Shown piece by piece: positions 10,464 through 18,968 of a stretch of 64,000 nt of DNA. The stretch is from a virus. Lineage: Duplodnaviria; Caudoviricetes. The translations under genes and the position numbers were made by a program. The notes beneath the pieces are model-generated. The model searched no databases. It worked only from the letters and a program-made list of their open reading frames with translations, and was not told the origin of the DNA. The stretch is taken from positions 64,001-128,000 of IMG/VR virus record IMGVR_UViG_3300021431_000079. One strand, 5' to 3'. The first letter of the stretch is position 1, and each line of letters opens with the position of its first letter.

Positions 10464-10537
10464 GCTGTGGTAGCCCAATTGGCAGAGGCAACTGTCTCAA
10501 AAGCAGTACAGTATGGGTTCGAATCCCATGCACAGTA
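10464..10537 (+). tRNA. tRNA-Leu(CAA), short variable arm
   Basis: ACTGT-CTCAAAA-GCAGT anticodon arm, ATGGG-TTCGAAT-CCCAT T-arm. Confidence 0.75.
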
Positions 10538-10725
10538 TTAAACAGAGCATTGGCTGTTTTTTAAATCTCCTTTCTTTGTTTTTGTGCCAATGCAGTTTAG
10601 TCGGTACTTAACTGACAAAGATTATCCAGAAGCTAACAGTATAGGATAATTAAATATTTGATGAGTTAGCATCTCAAAAATCAAGCCTTAGCACAGCAGA
10701 ACTATGAGATAAAAACATCAAATAA

Positions 10726-10797
10726 GACTGAATTCATCCAGTGGTAGGAGACTTAAGCATATGCGAGTGACGCAGGTTCGATTCCTGCATTCGGTCT
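10726..10797 (+). pseudogene. Pseudo-tRNA with aberrant anticodon arm
   Basis: GACTGAAT/ATTCGGTC stem, TCC-AGTGGTA-GGA D-arm, GCAGG-TTCGATT-CCTGC T-arm; no 7-nt anticodon loop. Confidence 0.6.
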
Positions 10798-10798
10798 T

Positions 10799-10858
10799 TA
10801 AGCACACACAACAATTATATTGAAAATCTTTTAGGGTAAAGAATTTTTTGGTGCTTAG
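10799..10858 (+). ncRNA. ACAGCAA stem element copy 3 (ACAACAA variant)
   Basis: TAAGCAC-AC-ACAACAA...GTGCTTA-G. Confidence 0.65.
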
Positions 10859-10862
10859 GAAA

Positions 10863-10922
10863 AAGACACATGCAGCAAATATGTATTTTGTATTTTATAA
10901 TCAAGCATAAAAAGGTGTCTTG
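10863..10922 (+). ncRNA. ACAGCAA stem element copy 4 (GCAGCAA variant), abutting the RBS of the DUF2828 gene
   Basis: AAGACAC-AT-GCAGCAA...GTGTCTT-G followed by AAGGAGG. Confidence 0.65.
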
Positions 10923-10937
10923 TTAAGGAGGATTAAG

Positions 10938-12443
10938 ATGAATTTTTATAACATGATGGAGAATCAGGTTAAAACTACGAAGAGCCTTACTGAAAATGGA
11001 GCAATTGCTTACAAAACCTCTGGGAGTGAACTGCTTGATTATAATTTTCATGTAAGCGCATTAAGAGCAAAGAGCGAAGCTGAAATTCAGGCAATGTTCG
11101 AAAGAGCGTTCTATGAGGATAAGATCGCCGCTCTCAGATATCTCTTTTATCTTGGTGATATCAGGGAGGGAATTGGTGAAAGAAAGCAGTTCAGAGCTTG
11201 TATGAGTTACCTTATTCAGTATCATACTGATATAGCTCTTGCTGTCATGCCTTTTATTCCTGAGTACAACAGGTTTGATTCTCTCATGGTATTTGTAGAG
11301 AATAAGAACACTCATGATGTGGCTATTGAGTTCCTGAAGAAGCAAATAGAGACTGATAAGAGGAATATGAAAGAAGGAAAGCCAGTCTCATTATGTGCAA
11401 AATGGATGCCAAGTGAGAATGCGTCTTCAAAAAGAACCAGAGAGCTTGCAAGGAATATCATTAGTAGTTTTAAATGGTCTGAAAGTAAATATAGAAAGAC
11501 ACTTTCTGCACTCCGTGATTTTATCGGGGTAACTGAGGTGTTCATGAGTGCCGGGAAATGGGCATCCATCGACTACTCAAAAGTCCCATCAAAGGCGAAT
11601 TTGATCTATCAGGGTGCATTCCTCAGAAACGACAAGGAGAGGAGAGAAGCCTATCTGGAATCTCTTAAAAACGGCACTACAAAGATCAACGCAAAGGTAT
11701 TACAGCCTCATGAGATTGTTTATAATTACGCGAGGGATATACATGGGGTGAACACTGCATACGAGGAGATGTGGAAAAATCTTCCTGCATATACATTGGA
11801 TAATGTACTTGTGGTAAGAGACGGATCTTACTCTATGACTGGTGGTTTTGGAATAAGCTATCGTCCTCTTGATGTTGCTACTGCTCTTGCTATTTATATG
11901 GCAGATCATAACTCAAGTGAATGGAAGAATAAGTTCATTACGTTCTCTTCTTCTCCTAAAATCGTTGATCTTTCTAACTGCAAGACTCTTAGAGACAAGA
12001 TTAGGAAAACATACGCAGAGGATGATTGCAGTAACACCAACATCTATAAGACAATGAAGCTTATACTTAATACAGCTATCGAAAATAATGTTTCTCAGGA
12101 AGAAATGCCCAAAATGGTTGTCATTTGTTCTGATATGCAGTTTGACGGACGCTACGAACGCTATTTTAATTATAATAAAAGCCTATTTGATACAATTAAA
12201 GATGAGTATAAGGAACATGGTTATCTTCTTCCGAAGATTTGTTTTTGGAATCTGAGTGGAAACGTAGATAATACAATCCCAATGCAGGAGAATGATCTTG
12301 GAATGATTCTTTGTAGCGGATTTAGTGTTCATCTTCTTAAGATGTTCATGAGCAATCAGTTAGATCCGTACAAGATTCTTTTAGATGCAATCAACCAGAA
12401 GAGATACGACCCGATTGAGAATGCCGTAAAGCATCTGGTATAA
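10938..12443 (+). CDS. DUF2828-family protein (TROVE/Ro60-like helical domain + C-terminal vWA)
   Basis: TENGA, DIREGIGER, AKWMPSE, IDYSKVPS; MIDAS-like DGSYSM, NTN, SDMQFD, FWNL, SGFS; RBS AAGGAGG before ATG at 10938. Confidence 0.8.
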   Translation: MNFYNMMENQVKTTKSLTENGAIAYKTSGSELLDYNFHVSALRAKSEAEIQAMFERAFYEDKIAALRYLFYLGDIREGIGERKQFRACMSYLIQYHTDIALAVMPFIPEYNRFDSLMVFVENKNTHDVAIEFLKKQIETDKRNMKEGKPVSLCAKWMPSENASSKRTRELARNIISSFKWSESKYRKTLSALRDFIGVTEVFMSAGKWASIDYSKVPSKANLIYQGAFLRNDKERREAYLESLKNGTTKINAKVLQPHEIVYNYARDIHGVNTAYEEMWKNLPAYTLDNVLVVRDGSYSMTGGFGISYRPLDVATALAIYMADHNSSEWKNKFITFSSSPKIVDLSNCKTLRDKIRKTYAEDDCSNTNIYKTMKLILNTAIENNVSQEEMPKMVVICSDMQFDGRYERYFNYNKSLFDTIKDEYKEHGYLLPKICFWNLSGNVDNTIPMQENDLGMILCSGFSVHLLKMFMSNQLDPYKILLDAINQKRYDPIENAVKHLV

Positions 12444-12453
12444 AAAAATAAAA

Positions 12454-12521
12454 AAGACGCATACAGCAAAATTATATTCTGGAATAGCCTTTTAAACTAT
12501 GAACCAAAATAAAGCGTCTTG
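12454..12521 (+). ncRNA. ACAGCAA stem element copy 5, with a Lys-like CTTTTAA loop
   Basis: AAGACGC-AT-ACAGCAA...GCGTCTT-G; internal ATAGC-CTTTTAA-ACTAT. Confidence 0.7.
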
Positions 12522-12751
12522 TATAAAGGAAGCGTTTGCCGTGAAAGGCGGCTTGGTACAGTATGCCAATATAATACTGGTAGTGTGAGTGAGCAGTTAG
12601 GTCTCTGTTAGAAGCAACGCAACCATCTCTCACGCATGAGTTTTCATAAAAAGATCAAACTGAGTAGTGAAGATAAAGCCATTTGATATCCCCACTGTAC
12701 GAAACTTTATTCTTCGTCCGTACAACAGGAATAAAGTTGTGGACAAAAGTA

Positions 12752-12819
12752 TACCTTGTAGTTCAACGGAGAGAATACCTCTTTGGAGGAGATGCAGAGT
12801 TCGAGTCCTGCCATAGGAA
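12752..12819 (+). pseudogene. Pseudo-tRNA with a 4-nt anticodon loop
   Basis: GTTC-AACGGAGA-GAAT D-arm, CCTC-TTTG-GAGG, GTTCGAGTC T-loop. Confidence 0.55.
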
Positions 12820-12961
12820 GCTTTTGTAAAAGATATTGAATGAAAACACTGTATAACATATTAGCAATGCCGGTCGCATATAAATTAGACCCCTGATAAG
12901 TGTTTGCGCAGACTGAACTCAGGTACAGTGTCTACAGATGAAAGGCTGTGGCTCAGTTTAT

Positions 12962-13037
12962 GCTTTCATAGCACAATTGGTAGTGCAGTTGATTTGTAAT
13001 CAACAGGTTGGGGGTTCGAGTCCCCGTGGCATCACCA
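12962..13037 (+). tRNA. tRNA-Thr(TGT) with mismatched (chimeric) acceptor stem
   Basis: GTTGA-TTTGTAA-TCAAC; 5' GCTTTCA vs 3' TGGCATC has 2 mismatches; ends in ACCA. Confidence 0.65.
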
Positions 13038-13184
13038 TTGGCAATACAGGTTTCGGTGTAAGTCCGTGTAATGTTGCTCCTACCAAAATCCCGAATGGAG
13101 ACCCCCTGAAAAAAAAATTGAATCGGCTTGGGGATATGCTGATTCTTGTAGACCGGATTTTAAGCCTTTTTGCTGGTCTATTAT

Positions 13185-13257
13185 GCGGTAGTAGCGCAAT
13201 TGGTAGCGCATCACCTTGCCAAGGTGGAGGTTGTTGGTTCGAGTCCAACTGGGAGCT
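13185..13257 (+). tRNA. tRNA-Gly(GCC) with mismatched (chimeric) acceptor stem
   Basis: TCACC-TTGCCAA-GGTGG; 5' GCGGTAG vs 3' TGGGAGC has 3 mismatches. Confidence 0.6.
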
Positions 13258-13445
13258 TGGGATAGTAACAAGATTACTATCATGTATGATGAAATATGTG
13301 ATTGGGTTGGTGACAGTCACATATGGAGTACGATGTTGGTTAAGCAGTTACCTAAAGCCAACTAAGGTCTTAGACTGAAAGAAAATGCTTGAACAAAAGG
13401 AATTTCCTTTTACCTACAAATTGTTTACAAGGAGTAGGGTTTTAC

Positions 13446-13519
13446 TGGGACGTGGCGCAACCGGTGAGCGCAGTGGTCTTATAAACCAAAGGCTGGGAGT
13501 TCGAGTCTCCTCGTCCCGA
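13446..13519 (+). tRNA. tRNA-Ile(TAT)
   Basis: TGGGACG/CGTCCCG acceptor, loop CTTATAA, A73. Confidence 0.8.
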
Positions 13520-13523
13520 TTTA

Positions 13524-13617
13524 AAGGTACATACAGCAAATTAGATATAATTCTTAAAAGTATTTAAATTGTAGTTATCTTTATTTTATTTTTTTTAAAA
13601 ATTGTAAACGTGCCTTG
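13524..13617 (+). ncRNA. ACAGCAA stem element copy 6
   Basis: AAGGTAC-AT-ACAGCAA...GTGCCTT-G (G-U at pair 5). Confidence 0.7.
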
Positions 13618-13622
13618 CATAT

Positions 13623-13684
13623 GAGACGCTAACAGCAAATATTTTTTTTATAACAAAAGCTGACAAGTGTTATTAAGCGTCTCG
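13623..13684 (+). ncRNA. ACAGCAA stem element copy 7
   Basis: GAGACGC-TA-ACAGCAA...GCGTCTC-G; internal ATAACA/TGTTAT hairpin. Confidence 0.7.
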
Positions 13685-13969
13685 TCTCCCTTTGCTCGAC
13701 AAGGGCAGTGCGCACAGAGTTGATCGTCTGTGCTATGTTACAAATTTGTCTACGTTAAACACCTAAGAGATTGAGTGTTTCAAACATCCGCAGATATCCG
13801 CAGAGTGGGGATAAATAAAAATAGTCTTCGAAATCTGTTACGCTTCACTTAACGTAGATCTAAGTTGTAACAAAAAATAAAAGAATGTGAGGTATAAACC
13901 GATGGGCTATTAATCCAACTTAGTTTGGTAAGCAGTTTGCGGTCTGCTAAATAAAAAAACCGCATCTAT

Positions 13970-14044
13970 TGGGGTGTAGTTCAGTTTGGTTAGAACGCTG
14001 CGCTTGGGACGCAGAGGTCGTGGGTTCGAATCCCACCACTCCAA
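13970..14044 (+). tRNA. tRNA-Pro(TGG)
   Basis: Canonical cloverleaf, CTGCG-CTTGGGA-CGCAG. Confidence 0.92.
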
Positions 14045-14050
14045 CTATAA

Positions 14051-14123
14051 GTGCCAATAGCTTAGTTGGTAAAGCACATGACTTTTAATCATGGGAGCGT
14101 GGGTTCAAGTCCCACTTGGCACA
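14051..14123 (+). tRNA. tRNA-Lys(TTT)
   Basis: Canonical cloverleaf, CATGA-CTTTTAA-TCATG. Confidence 0.92.
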
Positions 14124-14141
14124 TTAAGGTCTGTAATTTAT

Positions 14142-14214
14142 TGCTCCTTCGCCAAGCGGTAAGGCACAGGACTTTGACTCCTGCATTACACTGGTTCGAA
14201 TCCAGTAGGGGCAG
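14142..14214 (+). tRNA. tRNA-Gln(TTG)
   Basis: Canonical cloverleaf, CAGGA-CTTTGAC-TCCTG. Confidence 0.92.
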
Positions 14215-14406
14215 TTTTGGTTATATAAAAAATGATAAAGGAGGAAATTATGACAGACATCAGATTGAAACTTGCACCACTTTGGATTACGTGAAAATGT
14301 ATTGAATGGAGTGTATTTCAATACAGATGTTGAGCATGGTTATCTTGGTAAACCGTTTGGTGAATAGCCTTAATGATATAAAAATAATAAAATAAATTAA
14401 AAAATA

Positions 14407-14483
14407 GAGACACATACAGCAACAAAAACAGAATAAATCTATATTATAATATTATAATCCAATCAATACTTCCAAGTGTCTCG
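14407..14483 (+). ncRNA. ACAGCAA stem element copy 8
   Basis: GAGACAC-AT-ACAGCAA...GTGTCTC-G. Confidence 0.7.
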
Positions 14484-14697
14484 TGATAAAATAGAAAAAA
14501 TCAGAGGTATAAAATGACATACATGCGTTTGATTAATTATTGTACTCGCCGTGATGGTAATTGTAAGAAGTGTGCTTATACAAAGTATTGCAATCAGTAC
14601 AAGAAGTTATTTGACGGTGACATTCCGTTAGACGATGATGAGTTTCACCCTGATAGATATATTAAAAAAGAAATTATACTTGAGGAATAATTAAGTT

Positions 14698-14964
14698 ATG
14701 AAAAGCAAAATTGCAAAGACCGATAATAGCACCTTTAGAAATATAAATATAATCATAAAAGTATTTCTAATTATAGCTATTATCGGTTTTTTATTTGGAA
14801 GCCTGACAGTAGATAGTCAGTCTAAGATACCGTTGATTGTCCTTATTATTTCTTCCTCATGGATTGCTTTGTGTTTCTTACACTTTATAAGCATACACCT
14901 TCTGTTTGAGGAGAATGTCGTAATGTCACCAGAAGAATTTCAGGATAATTTTATGGATAATTAA
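14698..14964 (+). CDS. Small membrane protein
   Basis: Two hydrophobic segments; GAGG upstream. Confidence 0.6.
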   Translation: MKSKIAKTDNSTFRNINIIIKVFLIIAIIGFLFGSLTVDSQSKIPLIVLIISSSWIALCFLHFISIHLLFEENVVMSPEEFQDNFMDN

Positions 14965-15358
14965 TAATAGCAAAAAGGGGTAACATGAATGGATTAGTAA
15001 TAGCAATTATTATAGTCGTGTTTATTATAATCGCAATTATAGATTATGCTTGCTGTGTTATGAGCGGAATAGATGAAGAGCGATGTAATAGAGAACGAGA
15101 GAAGCGAGAGAAACATAAGAATGACGAACTTTGAATTATGGGTTAAAGCTTGTGAAGTATTTGATGATCAAATATATAAGCTCACCAAGAATCAGGAAGA
15201 TGGTCATGGTGTTTATCAGACTATAAAAGAATACTTTCCACCGAAAAGCTATAATACTATGAGATGTGTGATGTATCATTTATGGTGGCATGGAAAACAT
15301 GAAGTGGTGGGTAGCGATTATTACAGCATAATCAATTTATTCGAGAAAAGAGAAAAAG

Positions 15359-15859
15359 ATGGATACGTTAGAACTGAGTAAATATAAATATATATATAAA
15401 GTAATTGTTAACACTGACGCTGAAATTGATAAATATAATATATATAAATATCCAATAGTATATATCAGCAAAGAGTTTGTATATTATCCTGAACATGAGC
15501 ACGGTGAACTTATAAAGATTCATAATGAGTGTACAAATGATTTACATAACGAGTTTATTTGCATAAAGGGTGCAACATCGAGATCATTGTTTGGCAAGGA
15601 ACACACATATTATTATATATCATATAAAAAAGTAGACAGAGAGCAAATAAAAGAAGCCATAAGTCAGATTATAAATAAAATTTCTATAGAAGAAAGAAGT
15701 ATAGAAATTGAAAATTTAGAAAAGCGAATCAAAGATTTAAAATCTCAAATAAATATGCTCGATGCTGATCTTAAAAAACAGAAAGAAGATATGGTCGAGA
15801 TGAAGCATACAGAAAACATAAAACTTGTAGAAGAACTGCTTAATAAGGGAATGATATAA
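15359..15859 (+). CDS. Hypothetical protein, C-terminal coiled coil
   Basis: ORF in operon context. Confidence 0.6.
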   Translation: MDTLELSKYKYIYKVIVNTDAEIDKYNIYKYPIVYISKEFVYYPEHEHGELIKIHNECTNDLHNEFICIKGATSRSLFGKEHTYYYISYKKVDREQIKEAISQIINKISIEERSIEIENLEKRIKDLKSQINMLDADLKKQKEDMVEMKHTENIKLVEELLNKGMI

Positions 15860-15861
15860 AT

Positions 15862-17163
15862 ATGGACACAGTAATTAAACTATTTGATAAAATTAAAAAC
15901 ACACGAAGTCGAAACGAGAAGATTGATATAATCAAATCTAATAAAGACAACGAATTGTTTATCGAGGATCTGAAATTTCTGTTAGACCCATCTGTGATCA
16001 CTGGGATATCTGCATCAAAACTCAAGAAGGATGTCGGTGTAATTAACGCAATAGAAATTAAAAATCTTCAAACTGAAAGAAGATCATGGTTCGCATTAAA
16101 ATCATGGTTGCTTGATCATCCGACAGGAACAAAACGTGAGATTGTTGCATGTCAGAAATTCTTAAAATCTGTTCCAGAAGATCATAGAGAATTTTATGAG
16201 CAGATGATTACCAAGAAGTATCGTCTTGGGTGTGATTGTAAAACCGTCAATGAAGCTATTCCGGGATTGATCAAAGTCTATGAGACTCAGCAAGCTTATC
16301 CCATTTCAGATAAGAACAGGCCAAAATCTGGTGAATGGTTCTCTCTTTCTGAAAAGCTGAATGGAATTAATGGTGGATTCATAAATGGTAAATGCTTATC
16401 TCGTCAGGGTAAACCCATCTCAGGAATGCAGCACATTATCTCAGACTTAGAGAAGCTTGGGCTTCAGAACTACTATGTGAACGGTGAGTTGATCAGATAT
16501 AACCATGATAATATTCCAGATGATGAGAATTTTCAGTTGACTACATCAATTGTAAACAGTGATTCGAATACACCGAAGAGAGAGATTCACTTTATCTTTT
16601 ACGAGATTATTCCTCTTGATGAGTTTTATGCAGGAAAATCCAAGCTGAAGTACAGTGAAAGACTGAAGGTTTACAAGAAGATTGCGCTCAAGATTGAAAA
16701 TGAAAAATTAAAATACATTCACTTTGTTGATCAATATTATGATGGTAAGAGTCAGAAAGAAATTCAGGAATGGCTTGACTGGGCTGACTCACATAACAAA
16801 GAGGGGATTATGCTCAACAAGGACACTTATTGGGAAGCAAAGAGGAACAATGGTCTTCTTAAGGTTAAGACATTTAAGTCATGCGATATAAGATGCATTG
16901 GAGTAGAAGAAGGTGATGGTAAAAATTCAGGAACACTTGGAAGGATTAACTGCGACTATAAGGGTAATGTTTTGGGTGTTGGGTCTGGTTTTACTGATGA
17001 ACAGCGTGATTATTTTTGGAAGTATCCAGAAGAAATCATCGGAAAGATAGTTACAGTAAAGTATAAAACAGAAACAAAGAATAAACAAAATGGTGTTTCT
17101 GTACAGTTCCCTGTTTTTGTTTGCGTTAGAAAAGATAAGAATACGGAGAGTTACGAAAATTAA
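15862..17163 (+). CDS. ATP-dependent DNA ligase
   Basis: Motif I EKLNG, GELI, EGIML, LLKVK, OB-domain VGSGFTD and FPVF. Confidence 0.92.
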   Translation: MDTVIKLFDKIKNTRSRNEKIDIIKSNKDNELFIEDLKFLLDPSVITGISASKLKKDVGVINAIEIKNLQTERRSWFALKSWLLDHPTGTKREIVACQKFLKSVPEDHREFYEQMITKKYRLGCDCKTVNEAIPGLIKVYETQQAYPISDKNRPKSGEWFSLSEKLNGINGGFINGKCLSRQGKPISGMQHIISDLEKLGLQNYYVNGELIRYNHDNIPDDENFQLTTSIVNSDSNTPKREIHFIFYEIIPLDEFYAGKSKLKYSERLKVYKKIALKIENEKLKYIHFVDQYYDGKSQKEIQEWLDWADSHNKEGIMLNKDTYWEAKRNNGLLKVKTFKSCDIRCIGVEEGDGKNSGTLGRINCDYKGNVLGVGSGFTDEQRDYFWKYPEEIIGKIVTVKYKTETKNKQNGVSVQFPVFVCVRKDKNTESYEN

Positions 17164-17361
17164 AAATGAGCAAAACGAGTAAATATAAGTGCAATAAATG
17201 CGACAATTGTTTTTGGTATTGGTCTGGATCATATGACAAGATTTGTCATAACCAAATGGTTACAAGCTTAAATATAGAAAACAGATATGAAGATGATTGT
17301 GTATTCTTTGAAGATAAATTTATTGGTAATGCCAAGGCAAGAGATGTGACAGAGGATTATT

Positions 17362-18081
17362 ATGATGGAAGATGGTGAGAAAAAATGCATTATACAGAAT
17401 AGGGTTATTGATTTGGCAAGGAATCCACCAAAACCAAAACCAAATTTAACTCATTCTCTTATGCATGACATTATTTTTATTGATTGTGTAATTAAGCCGC
17501 GTTGTTTTTATGTCTATTGCAATCAGATATTCCGATGTGAATTTATTAATTGCAGATTTTGTAATAAAGCATTTTATGGTTGTTCAATTCGCTCCTGTTC
17601 ATTTAGTAATATTACTTTAACAGATGAACCAAGAGAATGTATGTATATGTGTAATTTTTATGATTGTCAATTAGACGAAGAGCTTCAAAATAAATTTGAT
17701 ACAACAAACCCATGCTTGTACAACGGTGCAATTACTGGTTGGAAGAAAGCTTACTTATTTAATGATCAATATTTACATCAATATAAAGCATATGTAATTA
17801 TAAAACTAATGATCCCAGAAGATGCTAATAAAGTATGTGGGTATAGCAATAAGTGTAGATGTGATAAAGCAGTCGTAGTTGAGATTCAAACTATGAGCGG
17901 AGATGTATTAGGATTTGATTTAAAAAATCGTGTATGTTCTATGTATAATGAGTCATTTTTATATAATGTTGGCGATATTGTAAAACCTGAGTATGATTTT
18001 GATCCTAATCCATTGAATGAATGTTCAAGTGGAATCCACTTTTTTACAAAGCGAGAAGATGCAGTTGTATACAAATATTAA
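17362..18081 (+). CDS. DUF5758-like protein with degenerate pentapeptide repeats
   Basis: GWKKA, KCRCDKAVV, ECSSGIHFF. Confidence 0.65.
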   Translation: MMEDGEKKCIIQNRVIDLARNPPKPKPNLTHSLMHDIIFIDCVIKPRCFYVYCNQIFRCEFINCRFCNKAFYGCSIRSCSFSNITLTDEPRECMYMCNFYDCQLDEELQNKFDTTNPCLYNGAITGWKKAYLFNDQYLHQYKAYVIIKLMIPEDANKVCGYSNKCRCDKAVVVEIQTMSGDVLGFDLKNRVCSMYNESFLYNVGDIVKPEYDFDPNPLNECSSGIHFFTKREDAVVYKY

Positions 18082-18105
18082 TATTATGAAAGTGAGTAAA
18101 GAAAA

Positions 18106-18741
18106 ATGAATATGAATATGTTTAACGGAATGTTTGGAAAGATTGAATCTGGAATGTGTAGGCTGTCAATGAATGGTGATATTGCGGTGAAAACTTCAAG
18201 TGGATTTAAGTATTATAATCTTAAGTCTGGGAGATTGGTCAACTGTGATAACTTTGCTTTTGACATTGGAGAGGATTTCTTCTTTGTGATCCCAACAAAC
18301 CATGTATCTACTGGTGATATTATTCTGGTTAATGGCAAGCCGAGATGTGTAAAGAAGGTTGAAAAAGATTTGATTGTTGTTATTAACTATGAAGACAACA
18401 CTATTGATACCATTCTTCCTGAGAGACACGTACTCATGGGGAAGACATATTTCTATGGCAAGATCATTTCCATGCTTGGCAACAACCTATTTAAGGGTGG
18501 AAAAGGTAAGGGACTTAACGGCATGATGAAGTACATGATGCTGTCTGAAATGATGAAGAGTGGTTTTGGAAACAACGGAGCTTCTGGTGCAACAGGAATG
18601 AATAGTATCTTACCTATGATGATGATGTTTGGTGGTGGTAACTCTGAAGGGATGTTTGATGGAATTTTTGATTTTGATTTTGAATCAGAATTAAATAATT
18701 CAGATGAAGATGATGAAACTGAAGAGGATGATTTGAAGTAA
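18106..18741 (+). CDS. Hypothetical protein with Met/Gly-rich C-terminus (partner of the vWA/PurA-like cluster)
   Basis: MMKYMMLSEMM, PMMMMFGG, acidic tail. Confidence 0.7.
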   Translation: MNMNMFNGMFGKIESGMCRLSMNGDIAVKTSSGFKYYNLKSGRLVNCDNFAFDIGEDFFFVIPTNHVSTGDIILVNGKPRCVKKVEKDLIVVINYEDNTIDTILPERHVLMGKTYFYGKIISMLGNNLFKGGKGKGLNGMMKYMMLSEMMKSGFGNNGASGATGMNSILPMMMMFGGGNSEGMFDGIFDFDFESELNNSDEDDETEEDDLK

Positions 18742-18968
18742 TGCATGAGTATTTGGGAGATTAGTTTTGAAATAAGCTCTAAATTAAATACAAATAATGT
18801 AAATAATGAAAATGTATATGGTTATTTTACTATAGTCGGAAGTTGTTATATTGAAGCGGCAGATATAGAAACAGCCATAAAATCAGCTAAGTCAGAGCTT
18901 TCAGTGTTTTCCAATGGCACTATATTTATTAACGGTGCTAAAAGCGTTTAAATAGGAGAAATAAAAAT

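Noticed and set aside
12655-12745. Hammerhead ribozyme (GAAAC...GTT stem)
   Set aside because: No correctly placed CUGANGA core and no stem I.
12847-12930. Twister ribozyme (stem-TAA...GCCGGTC)
   Set aside because: Only partial resemblance; the AAGC segment and pseudoknot partners were not found.
9993-14321. ORF-track ORFs overlapping tRNAs (9993, 10207, 10292, 10353, 12938, 13000, 13080, 13385, 14066, 14124)
   Set aside because: Chance ORFs across tRNA/ncRNA genes, without RBS support.
9830-14483. ACAGCAA repeats as a CRISPR array
   Set aside because: Spacing is irregular, the stems covary rather than being identical, the variable part lies inside the stem, and there is no cas operon.
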